A stretch of DNA of 64,000 nt from an uncultured Acidobacteriota bacterium (GCA_963804995.1 CAWDSK010000001.1:192001-256000), one strand, 5' to 3'; numbered from the stretch's first letter, positions 51,616-61,308 are shown. Notes: a model not told the origin generated them from the sequence alone. Program-made: numbers and translations.

Positions 51616-51846
51616 CTATCTTGTCTGGCGTTGTTCGCGGAGCACAGGGGCGAGCGCACGAAGCGCCTGGTTTACACGCCGGCCATCGGGGAAAACGTCC
51701 AGCACCGATGGGTCGATGACCACAATGTTGGCACCCTCCCGGTATCTTGCCGCGGTGGCGCCTCGCACCGCTCGGCTGAAATCATATTCCGGCCGCATCG
51801 TGTCGCGATCGCGATCCCGACTTCGCCGGCTAGGTTTCTTCTTCAT
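51616..51846 (-). CDS. BrnA-like antitoxin
   Basis: MRPEYDFSRAVRG...VVIDPSVLDVFPD..VNQALRAL. Confidence 0.75.
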   Translation of the reverse strand: MKKKPSRRSRDRDRDTMRPEYDFSRAVRGATAARYREGANIVVIDPSVLDVFPDGRRVNQALRALAPVLREQRQTR

Positions 51847-51945
51847 ATCGCTTCCTTTCGGCCCGCGTTGCCCGCCGTGCAGAAATCAGCCGGGTGTTCG
51901 GCGGCCGCTCTGCGAAGGCTACCACCAGGAGCTTTGATCGTACAA
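51830..51945 (-). pseudogene. BrnT toxin, 5'-truncated
   Basis: Only the C-terminal KLLVVAFAER...RLISARRATRAERKRYEE is retained. Confidence 0.75.
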
Positions 51946-52483
51946 CAGAGAGCCTTGGCGACGAGCCATTTCGTTGTGTGGTGACCTTAGGCCGTACTAC
52001 GCGTTGGCGCGTGGCGGATGTGTCAAACGTCAATAGTATCTGTCGGAATGGGAAAAGCTGACCCAGGCCAACGGCCGGGTTTAGATTATCCGCCGATTTT
52101 TCCCCCAGCCCTGAAAGGGCGGGATACTGCTGGACGCGCACGGAATTGCCTACGAAGAGCGGTACGTGTGGGATTGAAGAGGATTGTTCCGCCCCCTTCG
52201 CTCAGCTCAGAGCTTGCCCTGAGCGCAGCGAATGGGGCAGGCTCTTCAGGGCTCGGGTATCGGTTTGGGTCCCGTTGACCCAGGCCGTTGGCCGGGCTTC
52301 GTTATTTCGCCCCTTTGGGGCTCACCCGACCACCCCTCGAAACTCAGCCTTACCGGCTTTTGGAGTGCGGCCGCGAAGCTGCCGCTTTGCCTTTCGCCAG
52401 CTTGCTGGCACGGCTGACGCCAATCGCTCGGAAAAGACCCATGACAGTTTGTTTACGCCTCGCACAGCAGATATACTGGCGCC

Positions 52484-52714
52484 ATGGGATCACGGGTCGT
52501 AGAGGCTGAATACGAGAAGGGCATGCTCAAGCCGAGCACGCCGTTGACGCTTCGTCCTGGAGAGCGTGTCCGTCTGATCGTGATGCGGCAGCCGGATCCG
52601 AAGCGATGGGACCTGTCCCGTCTGGCGCAGAGCCCCGCGGCCGATGAAGCGGTACTCGCCGAGCAGGACTTGGAGGGCTGGGCGGCGAACCTCGATGCAG
52701 AGGATCGCCGGTGA
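52484..52714 (+). CDS. AF2212/DUF104-like antitoxin
   Basis: VEAEYEKGMLKPSTPLTLRPGERVRL; overlaps the toxin start (GTGA). Confidence 0.8.
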   Translation: MGSRVVEAEYEKGMLKPSTPLTLRPGERVRLIVMRQPDPKRWDLSRLAQSPAADEAVLAEQDLEGWAANLDAEDRR

Positions 52715-53064
52715 AGCGAGGCGAAATCTGGTGGGCCGAGCTTGGCCCCTACCGCCCGCGCGAGCAGACGGGGCGCCGACCTGTTGTGGTCTGGTAAAGC
52801 AATGCTCTGACGGGAGTGCTCCAATCCGTTCTGGTGGTACCTCTAACCACCAACATCGAACGGGCAAATCTCGCTGGCACTGCCCTGATTAACGCCTCGC
52901 CAGACGGGCCTCGCGACAGCTCCGTGGCCCTGGCATTTCAGTTACGTGCAATTCCCCAGTCGGCTCTCCAGAAAAAAATCCGGGACTTAACCGAAGAGGA
53001 AACGACTGAACTCGAACTGGCTACCGACGAGGCTCTCGGTAGGGTCGAGCCACAGCCCAAGTAG
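52711..53064 (+). pseudogene. PemK/MazF-family toxin with in-frame TAA
   Basis: MKRGEIWWAEL...EQTGRRPVVVW*SNALTGVLQSVLVVPLTT; stop at 52795-52797 where Gln is typical. Confidence 0.8.
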
Positions 53065-53200
53065 CAGCACCTAAACCCCGGGGGGAAGAGAAAGGGTACC
53101 TGACCGTTCTGACCTGACACCGTTTCCCCCCTCTTTTTGCGACGAACTTCTTAAAGACATTTGGGAAACACTGAACCCACTTGGTTCCGATGGAGTCTTC

Positions 53201-54004
53201 GTGATTTTGCGCGGATTCATAGACGAGAGCTACGATCAGAAAATCTTTGTACTATCGGCTTTGGTAGCGGTCGGAACTGAGTGGCGCTGGCTCTCGCGGG
53301 ACTGGTTAGCCTGCATAGACAAACGCAACAAACTCCTTCTCGCACAGGGCAGAAATCCGATTACACGCTTTCATGCGGCAGAATGTAACAGCCAAGACAA
53401 CGAATATGAGGGATGGTCAAGAGAAGAGCAAAAAGAGTTCATGTCGGAACTGATTAAGGTTCTCGGAAAGTCAGAACTTCACAGCATTGCGTGGGCTCTT
53501 GATATCGAAGATTTTGACAAGGTTTTCCCTGATGTTCGCCGCGCCCAAAAACCCGACTTCTATAGTCAACTCTATGGGATTATGACTAAGTTTATGGTCT
53601 ATAGGCTTGCTCCGCCCTTTGTTGCAGCAGACCCGAGCATCAGGATAACCCTGGTACATGATCGTTGCACATATGACGGGGCGATAGCGGACGCATTCAG
53701 GAAGGCCGTAGAAGACCCTGGATTTAAGGAACGAGGTTGCTATACATCCATTACTCCCGCATCTTCGGTAGATGTCATCCCCCTACAGATGGCTGATCTA
53801 CTGTCGCACGAAAACTTTAAGGAAACTAAAAGGCGATACAAGTCTGGCAAGAAGGAATTGTCCAAGCGAAGGACTTCCCTCAAGGTTCTTATCAAGCAGG
53901 GGAATATCGGTGGAGGCGTCGAATATATTCAAATAAATGCGCTTCGCTCTCTGGCGCATTACATAGCTAAACACAAGTCGAATTCAATTACCCCGCTTTC
54001 CTGA
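53201..54004 (+). CDS. DUF3800-like (RNase H-like fold) protein
   Basis: FIDES, FHAAEC, PLQMADLLS motifs; lower GC. Confidence 0.75.
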   Translation: MILRGFIDESYDQKIFVLSALVAVGTEWRWLSRDWLACIDKRNKLLLAQGRNPITRFHAAECNSQDNEYEGWSREEQKEFMSELIKVLGKSELHSIAWALDIEDFDKVFPDVRRAQKPDFYSQLYGIMTKFMVYRLAPPFVAADPSIRITLVHDRCTYDGAIADAFRKAVEDPGFKERGCYTSITPASSVDVIPLQMADLLSHENFKETKRRYKSGKKELSKRRTSLKVLIKQGNIGGGVEYIQINALRSLAHYIAKHKSNSITPLS

Positions 54005-54525
54005 TTGCTTTTTCGGCTCCGGCTTCGCCTTCGCAATCGCCTTCACCGCATCCTCAAACTTCATCGGGTATAGGCTGAGTTTCGGTTCATAGCAGGTAGC
54101 GGAGAGTCTCGCCTGCCAGAGACTCTGCGGCTTTTCCACGATTCAACATCAAGCGGGGTAGCGCAGAGGTAAGCGTAGTTTGCTTTCCTCTGCGGCTCGT
54201 GATATCGGAATCTCAACTTATTCGTTGCCAAGCAATGAGAAAGCACCGCGGAGGAATTCGGCTCGGAGCCAAATACCTCCGCGCTACCAGCTCTAGGTCA
54301 AACTGAATGCGAGGCTTAAACTGAGTGGTGTAGAGAAACCACCATCCGCTAGCCGCTATCGCCAATGCCTCAAGTACGTGGACTGCGAACTCAGCCGAGG
54401 TTTTGAGATCGCAAATTCCCATAGTAAACACATCCTTGCGACCGTACTGGCAGGAGAATACAATGTGCCACAACTCTGCACCGCCCATGAGGGAAGGCGG
54501 GTGGCGCTGGAAACCGGGGACAGGG

Positions 54526-55227
54526 TCACTCGTCGTCAAATGCACCGTTTGCGGTCATCCATGCCTCTGCTTCCTCTTCTGAAACGAACGGACCCTCAAG
54601 AGTGAGCGGCTGTGATTTCCAGTGCCACACGCGATCGAGCCATTCCATAGCCTTCTTCGGAGCCATCGAATCGACCTCCTCGTCTGATGTTGTGTTGGCG
54701 TCACCAATTTCCAGTAAATAAATTCGGCGACCCTTACTGTCTGTCAAATAGGACAGGTCTGCCCATTTGAGGTCTTGCTCCGACCGCAATCGCTCTTCAG
54801 CAGTCCGATAGCCATATTTTTGACGAGCAATCGCCAAGCGGTACGCTTTTTTCTCTTTAACCGTCAGGCAACTACCCTCCGTGATTTTCTTGAGCCTGCT
54901 CGACTGCTTGATGACCAGCCGTAGCAAGCGGCGGTTGAGCCTTTTCCAGTTGATCTTGATCGAATCAGGATCGCACTCATGATTCCATGTGAACGCATAT
55001 TCGTAATTGGCGCTACAATTGGGCTTCATGGCGTGTGCGAATTGATTGACCAATCCAATACAATCAATTAGTCGTCCATACCCTTGGTGGACAATCTCCA
55101 CCACAGCGTCAAGCACCTGTTGTTGCTGTTTCTTAATCAAAACCTCATTCCTTTTCTGTAGTGAATCGAAATCGAACCAATGTACTCGCATACTCTCGTG
55201 TGCTATTGGCGCAATGAACCAGCGCAA
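54526..55227 (-). CDS. Hypothetical protein
   Basis: 233-aa low-GC ORF; no family recognised. Confidence 0.5.
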   Translation of the reverse strand: MRWFIAPIAHESMRVHWFDFDSLQKRNEVLIKKQQQQVLDAVVEIVHQGYGRLIDCIGLVNQFAHAMKPNCSANYEYAFTWNHECDPDSIKINWKRLNRRLLRLVIKQSSRLKKITEGSCLTVKEKKAYRLAIARQKYGYRTAEERLRSEQDLKWADLSYLTDSKGRRIYLLEIGDANTTSDEEVDSMAPKKAMEWLDRVWHWKSQPLTLEGPFVSEEEAEAWMTANGAFDDE

Positions 55228-55262
55228 TGGTTGATTTATGAACGGCGCAGCGGCGTCGGGCG

Positions 55263-55712
55263 TTACGTTATGCCGAACTTTGACAATTTGATATCGAAGT
55301 ATGGCCTCAGGATATGTTCCTCAAAAAGTGGCAGTTCGTCATCTGGAACAGGCGTAAACGTCGAATCATGGTTCGGTGCCCACCATTTGTCTGGTCCGCA
55401 GTAAGCGTCGCGCGAAATAGTAGACTTGATGGGACGATACGGTCGGTTGAGCCAGCCATCGCCCATCTTGGAGAAGAAGTTTGCCGGCCCGGATAACTGC
55501 CCGAGAACGTAAATGCCCTTGTTACCGTGGGTCAGATAAAAATAATCACCAATTGGTGCGAGCACGAAGTCTTCGCCCTGAGCATGCTGCGCATTGCCCT
55601 TGGCCGGGGTATCCTTATGGACGTATACGAGCCGCTCACTCAACCCCTCCAGAACTTGTCCGTAGCTGAATATTAAGGCTCCGTGGGACAGCTTCCAGAA
55701 TTTTGGTCGCAT
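55263..55712 (-). CDS. Hypothetical protein, possible EVE/PUA-like DNA-reading domain
   Basis: FWKLSHG...IGDYFYLTHGN.GIYVLG...WWAPNHDSTF; resemblance to McrB-like N-terminal domains is from memory only. Confidence 0.5.
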   Translation of the reverse strand: MRPKFWKLSHGALIFSYGQVLEGLSERLVYVHKDTPAKGNAQHAQGEDFVLAPIGDYFYLTHGNKGIYVLGQLSGPANFFSKMGDGWLNRPYRPIKSTISRDAYCGPDKWWAPNHDSTFTPVPDDELPLFEEHILRPYFDIKLSKFGIT

Positions 55713-55946
55713 AATTTTTCGGGCGAACGCATAACATCGCCCGCCTCCTATTTGGAATGACCCTTGCGCGAAATCGGCCTCATCTCTAAGACATATGATT
55801 GGGCGGCGGCCCGGGGCGGCAACTGGGGTCATTATAATCACTCGCCATTTGCCGGACAAGCGCTCGCCCAGACTGGCTTCACTTCGGGTGCCCCCCGGAC
55901 AACCAAGGCAAGCCAAACCCTCACACCTTCAAGGAAACCGCGACAG

Positions 55947-57715
55947 GAACGTGTGAAGAAATTAGCCTGAAAACCAACAAGAATGCCTAGGTGGAAAGTG
56001 GTAGGTCGGGTACACTGCGGGCATGACGACCAAGCCTCCGGTTACTCGACCTCGTTTGACTGCGGTGAATCGGTGCCAGATGGTGATGCGGGCGATTGAT
56101 GTGGAGCGACTGATTGAGGAAGATCACCCCGCGCGCTCGATTTGGGAGTTGGTAGGGCGGCTGGATCTGAGTCGGTATTATGCCGGCATCGCCGCCGTGG
56201 AGGGGCGGGCGGGGAGGGAGCACACCGATCCGCAGGTTTTGATCAGTCTCTGGCTGTATGCCTACAGCCGCGGGATCAGTTCGGCGCGCGAGATGGCGCG
56301 GCGGTGCGAATATGAACCGGCCTTTCAGTGGCTGTGCGGGCTGGAGCCGATCAGTCACCGCACGCTGTCCGGGTTTCGTTCCAGTCAAAAGGCGGCGCTG
56401 GACGATCTCTTCGTGCAGGTGCTGGGGATGCTGAGCGCCGAGGGTCTGATCACTCTGGAGCGCGTGACGCTGGACGGCACGAAGATCAAGGCCAATGCCG
56501 GCGGCAATACGTTCCGGCGCCAGCCGACGCTCGAAGCTCACCTGCAATTGGCCCGCGAACAAGTGCGGCTGATGGAGGAACAAGCGGCGGAAGAAGAGCA
56601 GATGGCCAGGCGGCAGGTGGCGGCGCGGCAGCGGGCCGCACGGCAACGCCGGAGCCGTTTGGAGGCTGCCGTACGCGAGGTCGAGCGCTTACAGCGCGAG
56701 AAAAAGGACGATCGCGACAGTTTTGTGGCCCGCGCCTCCAGCACCGACCCGGAAGCCCACGTCATGAGAAATGGCGAGGGCGGCACGGTTCCGAGCTACA
56801 ACGTGCAACTGCTGACGGACACCACGCACGGGCTGATCGTGAATGTGGAGGCGACCACCGATGCCATCGATCATCGCCAACTGGAACCGGCCCTCGACCG
56901 CTGCGCGCAAACGCTGGGACGCCATCCCCGGCAGATCGTTGCCGATGGCGACTACACCAATCACGCCTCGGTCGCGGCGGCGGCGAACTGCGGAGTGGAT
57001 TTTTATGGATCGTGGCAGGCGAGTTGGAAGCCCGGCGAACGCGACGCCCAAGGCCGCCGCGCCGCGTTTCTGGCCAGCGCCTTCCACTATCGTGCCGAGC
57101 ACGACAGCTTCACTTGCCCGGCGGGAGAAATCCTGACTCACCGTGCGATACAGAATCGCGGGCACGGGGTCCGCGTCCACGTCTATCGCGCGCCGCGGGA
57201 GGCTTGTCGTACGTGTACGTTACGCAGCCAGTGCGCCCCGCAAAAAGCGCGCTCCCAATGGGTCCGATCGATTACGCGCCTGGAGGAACCCGCGGCGACC
57301 CTGGCCTTCAAGGCCAAGATGGCCACGGAAGAAGCGCAGCGGATTTACGGTCAACGGTCGCGTATCGCCGAGTTCCCCCACGCCTGGATTAAAGAACGCT
57401 GCGGCCTGCGCCAGTTCCGCTGTCGCGGCCGCCTGAAAGCAACCCTGGAGGCAACGTGGGCGGCGCTGAGTTATAACCTGACCCGATGGTTCGCCCTGCA
57501 GCGACGGCCCACCCTGACCGATGCCGCCCTGGCGCCGGCGTAAGTGAAGAGCGCCAAAGCGCCACACGAGGATGAGGAAGAAATCATGCTGCCGCCGGTG
57601 CTCACCTGGCAACCTCACCCCCAGCCGCGATTACCCGCACCACGAAAGTGAAATCATCGTGCATCCCGACTTATCCCTATCCCGCGATTCTCAAAACACA
57701 TTTCTTCACACGTTC
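55947..57715 (+). mobile_element. IS1182-family insertion sequence
   Basis: Terminal IRs GAACGTGTGAAGAAAT / ATTTCTTCACACGTTC flanked by CAG direct repeats. Confidence 0.88.
56023..57543 (+). CDS. IS1182-family DDE transposase
   Basis: LIEEDHPAR, LYAYSRGISSAR, LDGTKIKANA, SSTDPE, ADGDY, CPAG, AEFPHAWIK. Confidence 0.92.
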   Translation: MTTKPPVTRPRLTAVNRCQMVMRAIDVERLIEEDHPARSIWELVGRLDLSRYYAGIAAVEGRAGREHTDPQVLISLWLYAYSRGISSAREMARRCEYEPAFQWLCGLEPISHRTLSGFRSSQKAALDDLFVQVLGMLSAEGLITLERVTLDGTKIKANAGGNTFRRQPTLEAHLQLAREQVRLMEEQAAEEEQMARRQVAARQRAARQRRSRLEAAVREVERLQREKKDDRDSFVARASSTDPEAHVMRNGEGGTVPSYNVQLLTDTTHGLIVNVEATTDAIDHRQLEPALDRCAQTLGRHPRQIVADGDYTNHASVAAAANCGVDFYGSWQASWKPGERDAQGRRAAFLASAFHYRAEHDSFTCPAGEILTHRAIQNRGHGVRVHVYRAPREACRTCTLRSQCAPQKARSQWVRSITRLEEPAATLAFKAKMATEEAQRIYGQRSRIAEFPHAWIKERCGLRQFRCRGRLKATLEATWAALSYNLTRWFALQRRPTLTDAALAPA

Positions 57716-57978
57716 CAGGCACCATATTTCCGATTTGCCGACATCATAGCTTCTGCCGCCTCCCACTAGGGATTAGGGATTGGGAATTGGGATCCTGTAA
57801 CCACCCCCGGCGCGAAGGCGCCGTCCCCCTTCCTTCACTGCGTTCAGAGCTTGCCCTGAACGAAGTGAAGGGACAAGCTCTGAATCAGGAGGGGGAGTCC
57901 GTCCGCCCTGGCAGCCTGTGGGGCGGAGCATCCGCCGGTTTTCCTCCGGGGAAAAGTGTCAGTGGGGAAAAGGGTCAG

Positions 57979-58107
57979 GAACGTGTGAAAAAATCGTCTA
58001 GAACCTTCTTACCGCGGAGACGCCGAGGCGCAGAGGGTAGAAAATAAAGGTCTTTTTCTCTGCGCCTCAGTGCCTCTGCGGTAAAATTGCTATTTCTTCA
58101 CAGCTTC
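57979..58107. mobile_element. IS1182-derived MITE (129 bp)
   Basis: Ends GAACGTGTGAAAAAA / TTTCTTCACAGCTTC with CAG duplication. Confidence 0.8.
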
Positions 58108-58200
58108 CAGGTCCCTTTTTCCCCTGACACCTTTTTCCACCCCTCTCCCGTCATTTGGGGATTGCTCCCCGTATCCTTTTCGGGTACGATTGACCCCAGA

Positions 58201-58797
58201 ATGGGTACAGCTAGTACGCTTTCGGACACGCTTTTTGGGCGCACGCGTGGTGCGGTGTTGGCGGTTCTGTTTGGTCACGTCGGCGAGTCCTACTATTTAA
58301 GGCAACTTGCTCGTATGACAGGGATTGCGCTGGGGCCCGTGCAGCGGGAGTTGCGCCAGTTGGTCGACGCCGACCTGGTGATTAGAAAGACTTTGGGAAC
58401 GCACACCCTCTATAGCGCCAACCAGGCCAGTCCGGTCTATGCCGAGATGCGGAGCCTGGTGGCGAAGACGGTTGGGATCCACGACGTTCTCCTGGCGGCG
58501 CTCCAGCCCCTCGAAAGAAAAATCAACCTCGCTTTTGTGTACGGTTCAGTGGCGCGTTCCCGTGAGAGCCATCAAAGCGACGTCGATTTGATGATTGTGG
58601 GCAGGGTGCACTTCGCGGATGTGGTCGAGCGAATCGCAGAGGCGCAGAAAACGCTGAACCGAGAGATCAACCCTACGGTCTATACAGTCAAGGAATTCAC
58701 AAGCAGGGTACGCGGGAACTTCCTAAAGACTGTACTCGGCGAAAAAAAGCTCTTTCTCATCGGAGATGAGAATGTCCTTAGAGAACTGGGCCATTAA
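58201..58797 (+). CDS. HTH + minimal nucleotidyltransferase (MNT) antitoxin
   Basis: LFGRTRGAVL, YLRQLAR; AFVYGSVAR..SDVDLMIVG, REINPTVY. Confidence 0.85.
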   Translation: MGTASTLSDTLFGRTRGAVLAVLFGHVGESYYLRQLARMTGIALGPVQRELRQLVDADLVIRKTLGTHTLYSANQASPVYAEMRSLVAKTVGIHDVLLAALQPLERKINLAFVYGSVARSRESHQSDVDLMIVGRVHFADVVERIAEAQKTLNREINPTVYTVKEFTSRVRGNFLKTVLGEKKLFLIGDENVLRELGH

Positions 58798-59054
58798 TAA
58801 ATGGCTTGAGAGGCTTGAGTCCGATCGTGAGGAGATCGAGCGCCTGCTTGCGAATGCCGATGGGCATCTCGCCGACTATGTAAAAGCTAATCCCTAAGCT
58901 CGATGCTTTACGCCGAAAGCGAAACACGGGCGCCTACGACGACTACGGGCTGGTGGCTCAGGGTGAGGCCGATCTGGCGGGCAAACTAGCGGTGCAAGTT
59001 CGCAAAGAGGTTGAGGACTGGATCCGCAAGAACCACGCTGACAAGATTACATGA
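58772..59054 (+). pseudogene. HEPN toxin with internal deletion/frameshift
   Basis: MSLENWAINKWL...ADYVKA joined out of frame to IPKLDALRRKRNTGAYD...EDWIRKNH (R-x4-Y HEPN-like motif). Confidence 0.7.
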
Positions 59055-59179
59055 TCGCTTCCAGGGCGCCTCACGCTTGTGGGCTGGCAACCTGTGGCTC
59101 GGAGCATCCGCCGGTTTCCCTCTGTATCACTAACCCGCGAATCTTCGCGGTGCGGCAAGATTTTGTGCCACGGGCATCT

Positions 59180-59328
59180 GAAGGTGTGAAGAAATAGACA
59201 ATCTCGCGCAGAGCCGCTGAGGCGCAGAGATTTTAAGCAAATAACTGGTTTGTTTTCTTTGCAGCCTCTGCGCCTCTGCGTCTCTGCGCGAGATGCTTTT
59301 GCTCGTTTAGGGATTTCTTCACAGCTTC
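59180..59328. mobile_element. IS1182-derived MITE (149 bp) inserted in a REP hairpin
   Basis: Ends GAAGGTGTGAAGAAAT / ATTTCTTCACAGCTTC with TCT duplication, within GTGCCACGGGCATCT|TGCCCGTG. Confidence 0.8.
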
Positions 59329-59682
59329 TCTTGCCCGTGCTCGGGCATGGCCAGGACCCCGATGTATCGGGGCGGGTCGGCCATGGCACAGCTTTGGTTG
59401 CGGCTCTGCCGCGCTGTGCCTCCGTGGTGAAGGTTGGTTTGGGGGATTGGCCGCCCCTTCAGGGCTCGGGGTTGATGGGGGTTCCGTTGACCCAGGCCTT
59501 CGGCCGGGCTTTGTTAGGTCGCCCCCTTCGCTTTGCTCAGAGCTTGCCCCTTCGCTTTGCTCAGAGCTTGCCCTGAGCGCAGCGAATGGGGCAGGCTCTT
59601 TGGGGCTCAAAGACCGCTCGGGCAACTGCCACAGAGGTTGAAGTATTCCTTTCGCTTGCATTTTGCCCGCAGCCTTAAGATC

Positions 59683-59880
59683 ATGAAGGAGCAGTACACA
59701 CCCAGTCGTGAGTTAGGCGATACGAAAGACTTCCCGAAATTTGGACTAGCTGGCACGGCAATTTTGCTCGCGGCAAGAGGGCGCTATCTCGTTCTCACTG
59801 ACGATTTCCCTTTGGCCCAATACCTTGAAACCCAGGAAATAGATGTCATCAACTTCAACCCTCTGCGCACATTTAGCTGA
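59683..59880 (+). pseudogene. C-terminal fragment of a PIN-domain protein
   Basis: FPKFGLAGTAIL...YLVLTDDFPLAQYL...DVINFN; N-terminal PIN half missing. Confidence 0.6.
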
Positions 59881-59891
59881 TCGCTACGTGG

Positions 59892-59978
59892 CCGGCTGCA
59901 AAACGCCTGCTGGTCCTGATGTTTGTCCTCTTTATTATGGGCCTGGCTTGCGTGGCGCTTGCGCCCGTGGTGAAGTGA
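59892..59978 (+). pseudogene. Duplicated 3' end of the GRP transporter gene
   Basis: PAAKRLLVLMFVLFIMGLACVALAPVVK* versus PTAKRLLVLMFVFFIFGLACVALAPVVK*. Confidence 0.9.
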
Positions 59979-60082
59979 GATGTTGGAAATGAGCGAAACT
60001 CGAAAATCGAAATTCGAAAATCGCGGGCGTGGCGTCGAATTCCGAGTTTCGACTTCATCAGCTTCGCGGAATTGGGTGACAT

Positions 60083-60224
60083 GACCCCCTCACCCCCCGG
60101 CCCCTCTCCCCCAAAGGGGCGAGGGGAGAGTTAATCTGAATTTGTCGCCCTCGGTCGCCGTGGCGACAGAGGGTGGACCGCCGCCGGCGTTTTTATCAGC
60201 CGGGGCGGGACGGGTGAGGGGGTT
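60083..60224. repeat. REP-like palindromic element flanked by inverted (CGAAAAT)-type heptamers
   Basis: Copy of 46935-47077; heptamers at about 59994-60023 and 60261-60284. Confidence 0.8.
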
Positions 60225-60301
60225 CTCTGATAATCAGCGAATTTCTGACTCTGGACACTAGCGAGTTTCGAATTTCGATTTTCGCTTAAGGAGGTGTTGG
60301 C

Positions 60302-61234
60302 GTGGGGAAATTTCTGGCATTATTCGCAATGCTCCTTCTTGTCTCCTGTCTTTCGAATGCGGCCGATGTGCCTCCAAAGATCCCCGTCATCCTCGACACG
60401 GACATCGGAACCGATATCGACGATGCCTTTGCCCTGGCGCTGATCATGAACAGCCCGGAGCTGCAATTGCTGGGCGTGACCACGGTTTCCGGCGATACCG
60501 CGGCGCGAGCGCGCCTGGCGGCCAGGTTCATGTGGGAGGCGGGCGGAAAATGGCGGCAGGTGCCGGTCGCTGCCGGCCGGCCGGGAACCGCGCAGCCCAT
60601 CGAGCAAACGCGTTGGGCCGATGGCTTCGTTAGCCCGCAAATCCTGAAGGAAAGCGCCGTGGATTTTCTGCGCGGCCAGTTCCACCACCGCCCGGGGGAA
60701 ATCACCCTGATCGCCATCGGGGAGCTCAGCAACGTGGCCGCGCTGCTCAAGGCTGACCCCGTGGTGGCAAAGAAAATCAAGCGCATCGTGTTGATGGGGG
60801 GGGCCATCGCGCGCGGGTACGAGGCAGGGTCCAAGCCTGACCCCGAATGGAACATCAAGTCGAATCCCGCCGCGGCGCAAGCGGTTTTCTCCTCCGGCAT
60901 CCCGATTGTCATGGCGCCGCTCGACGTAACCGCCATGCTGGGGCTGGACGCGGCAGCACGCAGCCGCATTTTCCAGCACGGCACGCCGATAACAAGCACC
61001 TTGGCCGCACTCTATCGTCTCTGGAACAAAGAAACGCCTATTCTCTTTGATCCCATGGCCGTGGCCCTGGTGATTGACCCAACGCTTTGCCAGACGAAAG
61101 ACCTGGCCATCGAAGTGGATGACCAGGGATTCACGCGCGTCGCGGAAGGCAAGCCTGCCAACGCCGCGGCCGGCATCGAAACCGATCCCGCCAAGTTTTT
61201 CGAGTTTTATTTGGGCCGGGTAGCGGGAAGGTAG
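60302..61234 (+). CDS. Nucleoside hydrolase (IU-NH family), with signal peptide
   Basis: AAGGAGG RBS; ILDTDIGTDIDDAFAL, LMGG, PEWNI, PLDVT, LFDP. Confidence 0.9.
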   Translation: MGKFLALFAMLLLVSCLSNAADVPPKIPVILDTDIGTDIDDAFALALIMNSPELQLLGVTTVSGDTAARARLAARFMWEAGGKWRQVPVAAGRPGTAQPIEQTRWADGFVSPQILKESAVDFLRGQFHHRPGEITLIAIGELSNVAALLKADPVVAKKIKRIVLMGGAIARGYEAGSKPDPEWNIKSNPAAAQAVFSSGIPIVMAPLDVTAMLGLDAAARSRIFQHGTPITSTLAALYRLWNKETPILFDPMAVALVIDPTLCQTKDLAIEVDDQGFTRVAEGKPANAAAGIETDPAKFFEFYLGRVAGR

Positions 61235-61308
61235 GTTACAGGTTACAGGGGACAGGGAATAGGGAACAGGTTACAGGGGAGAGGGAACAGGGGACAGGGG
61301 ACAGGTTA
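61234..61308 (+). repeat. Heptamer array (GG(T/G)(T/G/A)ACA)n, left arm
   Basis: About 10 units ggttaca/ggggaca/gggaaca. Confidence 0.9.

Larger units (their letters stand above)
48214..59891. mobile_element. 11.7-kb accessory island bounded by duplicated 3' ends of the transporter gene
   Basis: 48127-48213 is repeated (diverged) at 59892-59978; contents are TA remnants, IS1182, MITEs and low-GC ORFs; no integrase. Confidence 0.75.
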
